From contig CAWAOX010000014.1 in the NCBI GenBank assembly GCA_963783835.1, positions 87,855 to 151,854 on the forward strand: a stretch of 64,000 nt of DNA, in the 5' to 3' direction. Under the pieces are notes generated by a model. The model made no database searches. It was not told the origin of the DNA and worked only from the letters and a program-made list of their open reading frames with translations. Both the position numbers and the translations under genes were made by a program. Shown here one piece after another: positions 31,033 to 42,300 of this stretch; the stretch's first letter is position 1, and each line of letters opens with the position of its first letter. Origin of the DNA: an uncultured Actinomycetota bacterium. GTDB taxonomy: Bacteria; Actinomycetota; Thermoleophilia; RBG-16-64-13.

Positions 31033-33261
31033 ATGGCGTCGGAGGTCGCAGGAGTCTTGATAGGACGCCTATTCGACGGTCGTTATGAGGTCGTCAGCAA
31101 GCTCGGCAGCGGCCGCGTGGCCGATGTCTACCTTGCCAACGACCGCGTTCTCGGTCGGCAGGTCGCGCTCAAGGTACTCAGCTCTCGCTTCGCGGACGAC
31201 GAGCAGTTCCTCGAGCGTTTCCGCCGCGAGGTCAGCCGCGCTGCCGGTTTGACCCATCCGAACATCGTGCAGATCAGTCACCGGGGGCAGGCGGAGGGCA
31301 CGTATTACGTGGCTATGGAGTACCTGGCGGGGCGGTCTCTCCAGGCGATCATCCTTGAGTACGCTCCCCTCAGCGCCGACCTCATCACATCAGTATCGCT
31401 GCAGATCCTCGAGGCGCTCCGCTTCGCTCACCGGCTTAACGTCGTCCACGGTGATATCAGGCCGGAGAACATCGTCGTCGATAGCGAGGGCCGCGTGAAG
31501 GTCACGGACTTCGGCATCGCTCGGACGGCCCAGGAACGACCGGTAGACGGCGCTTCGGACCTCTACTCGCTCGGCGTGGTGATGTACCAGATGGCCACCG
31601 GGCGCCTCCCTTTCGAGGGAGACGACGCGGTGAGCATCCCGGGAAAGCTCGGAGCGATCATCATGCGCTCGCTTGGTCTGGGGCCCGCCGACCGCTATCT
31701 CACCGCTCAGGCCATGCTGGACGATATGCGGGGGGTGCAGGAGGGCGAAGCAGAGGTGAGACCACACGGCTTCGCGGAAGAAGCAGCCCGGGTCATGGCC
31801 TCCACCACGACGGCGGCGGCAGCAGCAAGCGGGCCTGGGGCGACTCGGCCGCCCTCACAGGCGAGTCAGAGGCCGGACGACCAGGCGCCCATCATCGAAC
31901 CCGACGAGGAGCCGGGCCGCCCGCGGCGCGTGTGGCCATGGGTCCTTGTGACCATTCTCATCCTGGCACTCGCGGCCGCCGCCTACGTGATGGTCTCGAA
32001 CCGAAGTGGCACGGACAGGCCGCAGTTCGGCACTGTGCCGGAAGTCGTCAGATTGACCGAGGCCAAGGCGATCGCGAAGATCCTGGCGGCAGGCTTCAGC
32101 TACCGAGTGGAAGGCAGGCAGCCCTCGTTGGACGTAGCGGAGGGCGATGTTCTACGCCAAGACACCGCGGGCGGGACGAAGCTCGAGAAGAGCAAGACGG
32201 TCGGCATCTGGATCTCTTCTGGGACAGGCCAGATCGCGGTGCCGGACGTGGTCGGTCTGACCCAGGCGGAGGCGGTCGAGAGACTCGGCAAGGCCGGGCT
32301 GGAGGCTGTGGCGAAGCCCGAGGTCGGTTCGGATGTGGAGGTCGGCAGGGTCTTGCGTCAGAACCCGGAGGCCGACAAGAAGGTCGACCCGGGCACTACG
32401 GTGGCAATCACTGTCGCAGCTGTCACGAACACGGTGAAGGTGCCTCCTCTCACCGGCATCGCCCAGGAGAGCGCAGCGGCATTGCTCCAAGCCCTGGGTC
32501 TAGTCGCCGACGTTCAGGAGACGGATTCGACGCTGCCCGGAGGCACCGTGGACCACCAGGATCCGGTGAGCGCGAGCGAAGTGCAACCGGGCACCACCGT
32601 GAAGATCTTCGTGAGCAATGCCCCGGCGGCGAAGACCGTCATCGTGCCGGCGGTCGGCGCACTTGGCCTCACCGAGGCGCAGGCGAAAGCCATCCTTGCG
32701 AAGTACCGGCTCAAGGCCGAGGTGATCGATCTGGAAACACCGGACTTCAAGCCCGGGCTCTGCATCTACCAGGACCCTGCGCTCGGAGCGGAGGTCAAGA
32801 TCGGCAGCGTGGTGAGTATCACCATCGCGCGCAAGCCGACCACGACCACCCTGCCGCCCCCACCGGCTGGTGCCACCCGATACGACCACACAGACAGACA
32901 CATCGTGAAGACCGGCATCTGGGCCGACTACTACGTTGCCGCCGCCTACCTGGGCAGCTACGGCCGGTCGAGCGCCAGCGGGACTTCGGCCACCATCTAT
33001 TTCACCGGCACCCGCCTGGAATGGATCGCCATGAAGGGCACCACCACCGGGATAGCCGACGTGTACCTCGACGGGGTCAAGAAGGCCACCATCAACCTGG
33101 CTGCGCCGGCGGCCACGTACATGGTGAACGTCTGGTCCACCGGCACCCTGGCGCGCGGCTCTCACAAGGTCACGATCGTCCTCAGCTCGCGCAGTCCCGC
33201 CGGCAAGTACCTGACCCTCGACGCGGTCGACATTTGGGGGACGATCAGGACCGCACCGTAG
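31033..33261 (+). CDS. PknB-like Ser/Thr kinase with 4 PASTA domains and a C-terminal beta-sandwich; kinase domain degenerate
   Basis: RYEVVSKLGSG, VALK, HPNIV, HGDIRPEN, DFG; TM; VPxVVG repeats. Confidence 0.85.
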   Translation: MASEVAGVLIGRLFDGRYEVVSKLGSGRVADVYLANDRVLGRQVALKVLSSRFADDEQFLERFRREVSRAAGLTHPNIVQISHRGQAEGTYYVAMEYLAGRSLQAIILEYAPLSADLITSVSLQILEALRFAHRLNVVHGDIRPENIVVDSEGRVKVTDFGIARTAQERPVDGASDLYSLGVVMYQMATGRLPFEGDDAVSIPGKLGAIIMRSLGLGPADRYLTAQAMLDDMRGVQEGEAEVRPHGFAEEAARVMASTTTAAAAASGPGATRPPSQASQRPDDQAPIIEPDEEPGRPRRVWPWVLVTILILALAAAAYVMVSNRSGTDRPQFGTVPEVVRLTEAKAIAKILAAGFSYRVEGRQPSLDVAEGDVLRQDTAGGTKLEKSKTVGIWISSGTGQIAVPDVVGLTQAEAVERLGKAGLEAVAKPEVGSDVEVGRVLRQNPEADKKVDPGTTVAITVAAVTNTVKVPPLTGIAQESAAALLQALGLVADVQETDSTLPGGTVDHQDPVSASEVQPGTTVKIFVSNAPAAKTVIVPAVGALGLTEAQAKAILAKYRLKAEVIDLETPDFKPGLCIYQDPALGAEVKIGSVVSITIARKPTTTTLPPPPAGATRYDHTDRHIVKTGIWADYYVAAAYLGSYGRSSASGTSATIYFTGTRLEWIAMKGTTTGIADVYLDGVKKATINLAAPAATYMVNVWSTGTLARGSHKVTIVLSSRSPAGKYLTLDAVDIWGTIRTAP

Positions 33262-33378
33262 AAGACGCCCACGCCCAGCGGCGTCCCCTTCCGGTCCGCT
33301 CCGGTGGTAGGGCCAAGCATAGGGTCGGACCCTGAACACGCGCCCGCGCGCCCGAGGGCAGCCTCCCCCTTGTGATCT

Positions 33379-36300
33379 CTACCGAACCGTCTCCCAGATA
33401 TCCACAGCGTCGAGGGTGATGTACTTGGTGCTGCCGGTCCCGTTGGGATAGACGTAGCGTTCGATACGCACCGTGTGCACGTCGGGCGCTCCCAGGTCGC
33501 CTGTCGACCACACCATCACCTGATAGCTGGCCGTGGTGGCCGTCAGGTCGAGCGGGGTGGGAGTCATGAGAACGTTGTCCAAGTACACCATCGCGTAGCC
33601 CGTGCTTGTGCCTTTCATGGCGATCCAGTCGAGCCGGCTGCCGTTGAAGGTTACGGAGGCGCTGGCGCCCCCGGTCAGGGAGCGGCCGTAACTGGTGCCG
33701 GAGGCCTTGCTGCTGGAGAAGTTGCTCCAGGAGCCCACCTTGGCTATGCGGGTGTCGGTCTGCTCGTAGCGCGTCGGCGGGGCTGAGATGGTCCCCGCGA
33801 TGTCGACCGCGTCAAGCGTCACGTACTTCGTGCTGGTGTTGACGATCTTGAAGCTATGGAGCCCGGGAGAGAGCGGGCCGCTCGACCACACGTTCTGCTG
33901 GTACTTCGCCGGGCTGGAGGCCAGGTTGACGGTGGCCTTCTTCGCGCCGTCCACATACACATCGGCGGTACCGGTGGTGGTCCCGGTCATGGCTATCCAG
34001 TCGATCTGGGTGCCGCTGAACCACACCGTGGCCGTGGCCCCGGTCGTATTCGAGCGACCGTAGGTGCCCATGTACGACGCGGCACTGGTGTAGTTGGCCC
34101 AGCTGCCGGTCTTAACGATCTTGAGGTCGGGCTGGTCGTAGCGGGTGACCGGCGGCGTCGTGGTGTAGGTGAAGTCGGCCGTGGGCAGGTCGGCCGTGGT
34201 GCCGCCGGCGGCGACCACCTTGACCCGCACGGTGCCTTCGCTGTGCGCCGGCGCGACCGCCGTGATCTTGGTGGAGGAGTTCACCTCGTAGGTGGTGGCA
34301 TTCAGGCCGCCGAAGGTCACGGCCGCGGCCCCAGAGAGACCGCTGAAGTCGCTGCCGTTGATGGTCACCTGGGTGCCACCGTCAACAGAACCGGTGTTGG
34401 GGGAGAGGGAGGTGATGGTGGGCGTCCCGGGCGCGGCATAGGTGAAGTCGTCTGCGGCCGTGTTGGCCGTGGCTCCTGCCGGGGTGGTCACCTGCACCTG
34501 CACGGTGCCGGCCCCATGCGCGGGCGTGACGGCGGTGATCTGGGTGGCGGAGTTCACGGTGACGCTGGCGGCGGGAATGCCGCCGAAGGTGACGGACGTG
34601 GCCCCGCTGAGGTTGGCCCCCGTGATGACCACCGTGTCGCCTCCCAGGCTAGAGCCGGTGTGGCTGGAGAGGGCGGTGATGACCGGCGGTGCGTAGGTGA
34701 GGACCCCCGCCACGTCGACTGCGTCCAAGGTGATGCGCTTGCCCGACGCGTTGGTCGAGGTGTACTTGATCTCCACTTTGTGAGGCCCGCTGGGCAGGAT
34801 GCCCGTGGTGAAGACCTTGACGTTGTAGGTGGCGACGGTGGCCGCCAGGTTGATGGTGTCGGTCTTCACGTCGTCTACATAGAAGTCGGCAGACCCGGTC
34901 GTCGTACCCTTCATCACCGCCGCGTCGAGGCGAATGCCGTTGAAGTAGATGGTAGCGGCGGCGTTGGTCGCGCTCGAGTAGCTGTAGCTGCCTCCCGAAG
35001 CCAAGGGGGCTGAGTACGGCGTCCACGCGGGAGTGTAGTAGATGTGGGGGTCGGTCTGCTCGTAGCGGGAGAGGCGTGCCAGCGAGAAATCGACCCCAGT
35101 GACATCCGTATTCGTCAGATGGACCGGGGTCGCGTCGGCCAACTCGTTCTCCCCCAGTGGGAGGCCATCGAACCACTCGTCTATGTAGCCAAGACCCATG
35201 TCGTCTAAGGTCCGCACGTAGTACGTCCCCGCCGGCAGAGCCCAAGTGGTGTACGCCTTGCCGACGTCGTCAGCAGCGAAGCCCGGGCTATAGAGAGTAT
35301 CGGTGCCGTCGACGACCTCGACCATCACACCGGGGTCAGGTAGCGCCTGGCCCGTGGCATCATCCACCACGGTGCCGGAGATCGTGTATCCCTTGTCCAA
35401 GGCGAAGTCGATGCCGGTCTGGAAGATAGGTGTCAGGTCCACGATAGTGGCGCGTTCACCCAGGATGTCCCCGGGCACGGGGGTGTTCAGATACCACTCG
35501 TCCACGTACCCGTCGTAGTTGAAGGTGTTGAGAAGATACTGTCCGAGCAGAAGTCCGTCGAAGTCGTAGTACCCGTACTCGTCCGTGAGTACATACACCG
35601 AGAAATCGTGGGACGGGGGGCGTAGAACGACACTGACATCAGCCAGTCCTGTGCCCAGGGAATCGGTGACTCTGCCGGAAATGCGGGACCCGTAGTCCAG
35701 CACGAAGTTCTTGCCGGTGGCGTTGCTCGTGCTGATGTTGATGGTGGTGGCCGACTCGCCCTCCAGGTCCGTCAGTACCGGGTCATTGTTGTACCACTCG
35801 TCGACGTACACGGCCGCGTCCACCGTGCGTATCCGGTACTGCCCTGCGGGCAGCCCCCAGATCGTGTAGTTGCCGCTGGCGTCTGTAATCCCTGAACCCA
35901 CGTAGTTGCCGGAAAGGTCAAAAGCTGCTACTTCCAGTTCCACGAACACGGCTCCGTCGGCACCGTGCACGTACCCGGAGATGGATCTACCTGTGGCCAG
36001 TGAGAAGTTGATGCCGGTGCGGGTAGCGGTGCTCCCCAGATCGAGCCAGGTGGCCCCCGCCGCATCCCAGTTGCCCGGCAGGCGCACGTTGTTGTACCAC
36101 TCGTCGATGTAGTTGCGCTCGTTGTAGGTGGAGAGGATCAGGGGGACGTTGGGGAGGCCGGACAGCGAGTAGGCCCCACTGGAAGACGTGACGGTATCGG
36201 CGATGATATTGAATTCCTCGTCCCAGGCCAGCACATACACGTTCGCCAGCCCCGTCCCCGCGGAGTTCGTCACCTTCCCAGAGATGACGCCGGTGCCCGC

Positions 36301-36963
36301 TGCGCCTTGCTCGGAGAGGATGCCATCGACGTCAAAGGCATCCACGTTGATGTAGTAGCCTCCGGAGGAAGCGTTCTTGGTACCCGTACACTCGATCTTC
36401 AGAGTGTGGTAGCCGCTGCCCAGCGTCCCGCTGTTCCAGACCATCACCTGGGCGCTGGTGCTGGAGGAATAGAGATCTACCGTCCCTTTGTCCACGCCGT
36501 CGAGGGTCAGCCTGGCCTTGCCGTAGTTCCTGTCTTTCCAGGACACCCAAGCCACATAGGTGCCGTTGAAGTTCACGGTCACGGACGAGCCCGCAGAATC
36601 GGTGGATGCATAGCTGCCGCCGTAGGCCGAACCAGCTGCCAACCTGCGCCAGGTCCCGGAGTAGAGCAGATAGGAGTCGGTGTCATCGTACCGGTTCAGA
36701 GACGCAGCCGAATCGGCGCCCAGCACGCTCTGTAGGCCCGGGCCGATCAGGGGGATGCGTCCACGGGCGGCCGCCGCATACGTTGCAGAGGCCGATGGCG
36801 TGCCCGGGGACTCGTATGCGAAGCCGGAATAACTCTCGGTCTGCGGTGCAGTGGCCATCGCGGTGCCGGCAAACATCACCAGCCCGAGGATCAAGGCCAA
36901 GGTAGCGATGAGGCCCCACCTGACCAGACAATCGCGCCGCCGTCTAAGACCGGTGACTCTCAC
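33379..36963 (-). CDS. Large secreted surface protein (carboxypeptidase-regulatory-like repeats, IPT/TIG, four beta-sandwich modules)
   Basis: AAGGAGG then GTG; signal peptide; ISGxV...Y(I/V)DEW repeats. Confidence 0.8.
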   Translation of the reverse strand: MRVTGLRRRRDCLVRWGLIATLALILGLVMFAGTAMATAPQTESYSGFAYESPGTPSASATYAAAARGRIPLIGPGLQSVLGADSAASLNRYDDTDSYLLYSGTWRRLAAGSAYGGSYASTDSAGSSVTVNFNGTYVAWVSWKDRNYGKARLTLDGVDKGTVDLYSSSTSAQVMVWNSGTLGSGYHTLKIECTGTKNASSGGYYINVDAFDVDGILSEQGAAGTGVISGKVTNSAGTGLANVYVLAWDEEFNIIADTVTSSSGAYSLSGLPNVPLILSTYNERNYIDEWYNNVRLPGNWDAAGATWLDLGSTATRTGINFSLATGRSISGYVHGADGAVFVELEVAAFDLSGNYVGSGITDASGNYTIWGLPAGQYRIRTVDAAVYVDEWYNNDPVLTDLEGESATTINISTSNATGKNFVLDYGSRISGRVTDSLGTGLADVSVVLRPPSHDFSVYVLTDEYGYYDFDGLLLGQYLLNTFNYDGYVDEWYLNTPVPGDILGERATIVDLTPIFQTGIDFALDKGYTISGTVVDDATGQALPDPGVMVEVVDGTDTLYSPGFAADDVGKAYTTWALPAGTYYVRTLDDMGLGYIDEWFDGLPLGENELADATPVHLTNTDVTGVDFSLARLSRYEQTDPHIYYTPAWTPYSAPLASGGSYSYSSATNAAATIYFNGIRLDAAVMKGTTTGSADFYVDDVKTDTINLAATVATYNVKVFTTGILPSGPHKVEIKYTSTNASGKRITLDAVDVAGVLTYAPPVITALSSHTGSSLGGDTVVITGANLSGATSVTFGGIPAASVTVNSATQITAVTPAHGAGTVQVQVTTPAGATANTAADDFTYAAPGTPTITSLSPNTGSVDGGTQVTINGSDFSGLSGAAAVTFGGLNATTYEVNSSTKITAVAPAHSEGTVRVKVVAAGGTTADLPTADFTYTTTPPVTRYDQPDLKIVKTGSWANYTSAASYMGTYGRSNTTGATATVWFSGTQIDWIAMTGTTTGTADVYVDGAKKATVNLASSPAKYQQNVWSSGPLSPGLHSFKIVNTSTKYVTLDAVDIAGTISAPPTRYEQTDTRIAKVGSWSNFSSSKASGTSYGRSLTGGASASVTFNGSRLDWIAMKGTSTGYAMVYLDNVLMTPTPLDLTATTASYQVMVWSTGDLGAPDVHTVRIERYVYPNGTGSTKYITLDAVDIWETVR

Positions 36964-37563
36964 GCAGACCCCTCCTTGGCTGGAATATCCACTCGATAGC
37001 CCTTTCGGCCGCCGCTTGCGCACGCACATAGTCTCGGGCGCGGGCAGGAAAGTCAATGACCAGTAGGCGGTCGCCGCCGTGAATCTGGTCGCAACACGCT
37101 ACTTCGTCGCGGCTACTGCGAACGGCGTGGACCCTCCTTATCAGTTCTTCGGGATCGCTCGCGTTGTCTGGCCGCAGAAGGCCCTGGACGTCGGGAATTC
37201 CTTCTGGCCAACAGGAAGCAACGTACACGGTTGCTTCGCGTGTCGCACGCTTTCGTTGTACCCTGAGCACAAGGATGGCATAGTGCGCCCACGAAATAGC
37301 CTCGACGGCAGCAGCCTGGAGAGTGTCGGGCTCCTTCGGCAGTTCGACCGATGAGAGAAAGTTGGACTAATGCCACGCCGATACTGCAAGGACCTATCCG
37401 GGCCGCCAGCCTTCACCGCGATGGATGACGTCAATGCTGCGCTCCGGTACTTTCGCAAGCACGGAGCACCGACGGTCGCGACCTTCCGAGAAATGCCCAG
37501 ATGGTGCCCGCGGTGGAGCTGCAGCCGATGAAGTACTAAGTTTCAAGCCCACGGAGGAACCCC

Positions 37564-39328
37564 ATGCCTGAAGAGCGCACCTACTACGACAACCTGGTCA
37601 AGGACTATGACCTGCCCGTCCGGATGCGCGACGGTGTCACCCTGCGGGTCGACGTGTACCGCCCCGATGCGCCCGGGAAGTTCCCCGTCCTTTACACCTG
37701 CGCCATGCACAACAAGGACCTGCAGCGGGTAGAGCTGGCGGAGAACCTCAGGGTCGGGCAGCCAGCCTGGTCCACGCAGTGGTATGGGGTGATCGAGGGC
37801 GGCGACTCCAAGCGCCTGGTCGCCAACGGCTACGTCCACGTGATCAGCCAGGTGCGGGGCGGCCACAAGTCTGAGGGCCAGCTTGGCGTGGGCGACGACT
37901 GGGACCACTACGACAGCATCGAGTGGATCACCCAGCAGCCTTGGTGCGACGGAAATGTGGGCATGGTGGGGCTCTCAGCCTTTGCCGCCGAGCAATGGCG
38001 GGCGGCCGCTCAAGGGCATCCCGCCCTCAAGGCCATTTTCCCCCTCGACGCTGGGGGCTGTTACGGCGGTCTGGAAGGCTTCCGCGACCAGCACCCGGGC
38101 GGCGTCATCCAGACGATGCCGTACCACATCGGCCTCTACAACAGCCTGCGCACGAACATCGGGACGCCCCCGGAACTGCCGCCGCCGGTGGAGGAGGCGT
38201 GGCAGGCCGCCATGCAGAACCCCGACTACATGATGTACGTGAACCTGTACAACATCCTCACTCTGCGGGGGCAGAGAGACCCGGGTGTTTTCTACCCCTT
38301 GCTCTTTCCGTTCGAGCGCCCGGGGACCATCGAGCGCACCGAGGAGATGTTTGAGAAGATCAAGATCCCCTTCGTGACCGGGGCTTTCGAGGGGGCCTAC
38401 ACCTACAAGATGCACTGGCAGGGGGCGCAGCACTTCTTCTACGGCATCGACCAGCCCCACAAGCACCTGTTCGTCACACCCCCGGCCCACGCCGAGCGGC
38501 CCTTCCACGAGTGGCACGACGAGATCATCCGCTGGTACGACCACTGGCTCAAGGGGATCGAGAACGGAGTGGAGGACGACCCGGCGGTGAGAGTATGGGT
38601 CATGGGCGAGAACAAGTGGCGCACCTACGGTGGCTGGCCGGCACCGAAGACCCAGTGGACCAAATACTACCTACACAGCTGGGAGAAACTGAGCACCAAG
38701 GGCCACCTGCCCGCCGCGCACACCTTCGTCAACGAGCCTCCAGACTCTTTCGTGCAGATGCCGCCCACCCAGACCAACACGATCGAGCGACTGCGCTATC
38801 TGACCGAGCCCCTCGCCGAGGACACACTTGGTCGTCGGGCCCATCTCCCTGACCTTCTGGGCCTCGCTCGACCAGGACGACACCAACTGGATCGTCATCC
38901 TCAAGGACATCGGTCCTGACGTGTCGGTGCAATCGGCACGGCCGGGCGAGCGCGAGGTCCCGAAAGACCTACCGGAGCGGGAGCTGACCCGTGGCTGGCT
39001 GAAGGCCTCCCGCCGCCAGCTAGACCCGGAGCGGTCCCAGCCGTGGAAGCCCTGGCACACCTTGAGCCCCGAGACCATCCGGTCGGTGGTGCCGGGCGAG
39101 ATCAACGAATACCAGGTGGAGATCCTCTCCACGGCCAACCTGTTCGAGCGCGGCCACCGCATCTGCCTGGAGATCACCAGCCTCGATCTGGCCGAGGGCG
39201 TCGCCGGCGAAACCTACGCCGAGTACATCCCCAACCACATCTGCTCGAGCAGGACGGTGCTGCACAAAGTGTTCCATAACGCGGAGTACCCGTCGCACCT
39301 GCTGCTGCCGGTGATTCCCGAGGAGTAG
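37564..39328 (+). CDS. CocE/NonD-family hydrolase, frameshift near 38828
   Basis: MRDGVTLRVDVYRP, WITQQPWCDGNVGMVGLS, RWYDHWLKG, YPSHLLLPVI. Confidence 0.9.
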
Positions 39329-39374
39329 ATAGGAGTCGCGAGCACAGCGCCCGCGCGCGGGTCGGCCGTCCACG
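39304..39374 (+). repeat. 71-bp direct repeat, copy 1 (3' end of cocE plus downstream)
   Basis: 70/71 identical to 47541-47611. Confidence 0.9.
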
Positions 39375-39379
39375 TCTCT

Positions 39380-42300
39380 CTACTGGGTCGTCTCCCAGAT
39401 ATCCACCGCGTCCAGGGTCAGATACTCAGTGCTCAGGCTCCCGGAGTTGCGCACCAGGCGCACCGTGTGCACCCCGGGCGCCAGCGTACCCGTGGACCAG
39501 ACGAGCACCTGGTAAGTGGCAGGGCTGCCGTAGAGGTCGATGGTGGCCGCGGGAGTGAGGGCGCCATCGAGATAGATGTCGACGATGCCGGTGGTGACGC
39601 CTTTGGTGCTGATGTAGTCGAGGCGGGTGCCGTTGAAGGTGATGGTGGCGCTGGCCAGGCTGGTGAGCGAGCGCCCGTAGCTGCCCCCCGACGCACTTGC
39701 CGAGGTGAAGTTGCTCCACACGCCCGTCTTTGCGATGTGGGTGTCGGTCTGCTGGTATCTGGTCGGCGGCGCGGCGATGGTGCCGTAGATGTCCACGGCG
39801 TCTAGGGTCAGGTACTTGCCGGCGGCACTGGAGGCGCTGCGCACGATCTTCACGCTATGCAGGCCGTTCGTGATAGTACCCGTCGACCAGACGAGCTGCT
39901 GGTAGGTGGCGCTCGTCGCGGCCAGGTTGACGGTGGTCTTCTTCGCGCCGTCTAGGTAGATGTCGGCGTATCCGGTGGTAGTGCCCTTCATGGCGATATA
40001 GTCGAGTTGGGTGCCGGTGAACCAGATGGTGGCCGAGGCCCCGCCGGTGCTCGAGCGGCCGTAGCTGCCCATGTACGACGCGGCACTGGTGTAGTTGGCC
40101 CAGGTGCCGGTCTTAACGATATTGGTGTCGGTCTGGTCGTAGCGGGTGACGGGCGGCGTCGTGGTGTAGGTGAAGTCGGCCGTGGGCAGGTCGGCCGTGG
40201 TGCCGCCGGCGGCGACCACCTGCACGCGGACCGTGCCGGCGGCGTGGGCCGGGGCCACGGCCGTGATGGTGGTGGCGCTCACCCGGATGTAGCTCTTGGC
40301 GTCCACCCCTCCGAAGGTGACGGCCGAAGGCCCGGAAAGGCCGGCGAAATTGGTGCCGGTGATGGTCACTGTGGTACCGCCGTCGACGGAGCCCGCGTTG
40401 GGGGAGAGAGAGGTGATGGTAGGCACGCCGGGCACCGCGAATGTGAAGTCATCGGCCGGGGTGTCGGTGGTAGTGCCGGCTGACGTGGTCACCTGGATGC
40501 GGGCGGGGCCGGCCACATGAGCAGGAGTAACCGCGACGATCTGAGTGGCTGAGTTGGAGGTGATGGTCGCGAGCAGGTTCCCAAACGTAACGGAAGCTGC
40601 GGCGCCGAGATCCGTGCCGGTAATGACCACGGAGTCACCGCCCAGGGTATGGCCCGTGTTGGGAGTGACCGAGGTGATCATCGGCACGGCGTAGGTGAGC
40701 TCGCCCGCCACCTCCACAGCGTCGAGGGTGATGCGTTTGCCCGACGCGTTGCCCGATGTGTACTTGATCTCCACTTTGTGAGGCCCGCTGGGCAGGATGC
40801 CCGTGGTGAAGACCTTGACGTTGTAGGCGGGCGCGGCGGCCGCCAGGTTGATGGTGTCGGTCTTCACGCCGTCCACGAGGAAGTCGGCGGAACCGGTAGT
40901 GGTTCCCTTCATAACGATGGCATCCAGGCGGTTGCCATAGAAGAAGATGGTGGCCGTAGCGTTGGTCGCGCTCGAGTAGCTGTAGCTGCCGCCGGAGGCC
41001 AGGGGGGCTGAGTACGGCGTCCACGCAGGAGTGTAGTAGATGTGAGGGTCGGTCTGCTCGTAGAGATTCATCCACTCCATGTGAAAGTTGATGCTGCCGG
41101 TATCGGCGGTTGAGAGCACGACGGGGGCCGCATCGGAAAGCGTGTACAACCAGCAGGGCTTGTTGGCGTACCACTTATCGAAGTAGCCGAGGAAGTAGTC
41201 GTCGCTGGTCTTGACGTAGTAGGTGCCTGCGGGCAGAGCCCAAGACTCATAGCGGGTCCCAGCGGCCCCGCCCACCAAGGAGTACGCGTACAGCTTGCCG
41301 GCCCCGTTGTAGATCTCGACGTAGACACCGGGGTCGGGTACCGCCAGCTTCGTTTCATAGTCGGTCACGTAGCCGGAGATGGTGTAACCCGCATCAAGAG
41401 CGAAGTTGATGGCCAGCTGGTTGCCAGCCGTCACATCTATGACTTGGGCGTTCTCACCAAAAAGGTCAGCAGGCGCCGGGTCATTGTTGTACCACTCATC
41501 CACATATCCTTGATCGTTCGCGGTGTTGGCCACATACAGGCCGGGCGGGAGAGCCTCCATTTGGTACAAACCGGTGGAATCTGTCCATGCGTAGAGTGAG
41601 ATCCCGCCCGTTGAGGGCTGCACTCGCACCTCGACATCAGCCAGGGCGCCGGAGGGGCCATAGACGCGACCCGCTATCGTCCGCCCCGTTTCGAGCACGA
41701 AGTCCTTCCCGGTGGCACTGCTCGTGCGGATGTCCACGATGCTCGCGGAAGAGCCGTCCGGGTCGCTGATGACCGGGTGGTTGTCGTACCACTCATCGAC
41801 ATAGCCGAGGTCATTGAAGGTGCACACTCGATACTGACCCGCGGGCATTCCTTGGAACGAGTAGAACCCGTTGCCGTCGGTCGGCATGGAGTTCACGAGA
41901 CTGCCGGAGAGGTCGTACACGTCGACCTCCTGGTTGAACAACGGGTTGGACTGCGCGTCGCGCACGTACCCGGAGATCGATCTACCCGCGGCCAGAGAGA
42001 AGTTGATGCCGGTCCGGCTGGGAGTAGCCGCAAGGTTCAGCCAGGTGGCCCCGCTTGCATCCACGTGACCGGGGTAAGGGATATCGTTGTACCACTCGTC
42101 GATGTAGTCCTTGAGGTTATAGGTCTGAACGACCACGAGTTCGTTCGGCAGTTCGGTCAGCGAGTAGCTTCCATTGCTGCGGGTCACGGTGACCCCCACC
42201 GGGCCCAAGGCCAGGTTCATCGCGGTCACGTACACGCCTGCCAATCCGGTACCTGAGGAGTTCTTCACCGTCCCCGAGATGGTTCCGGTGCCCTTGCCGT

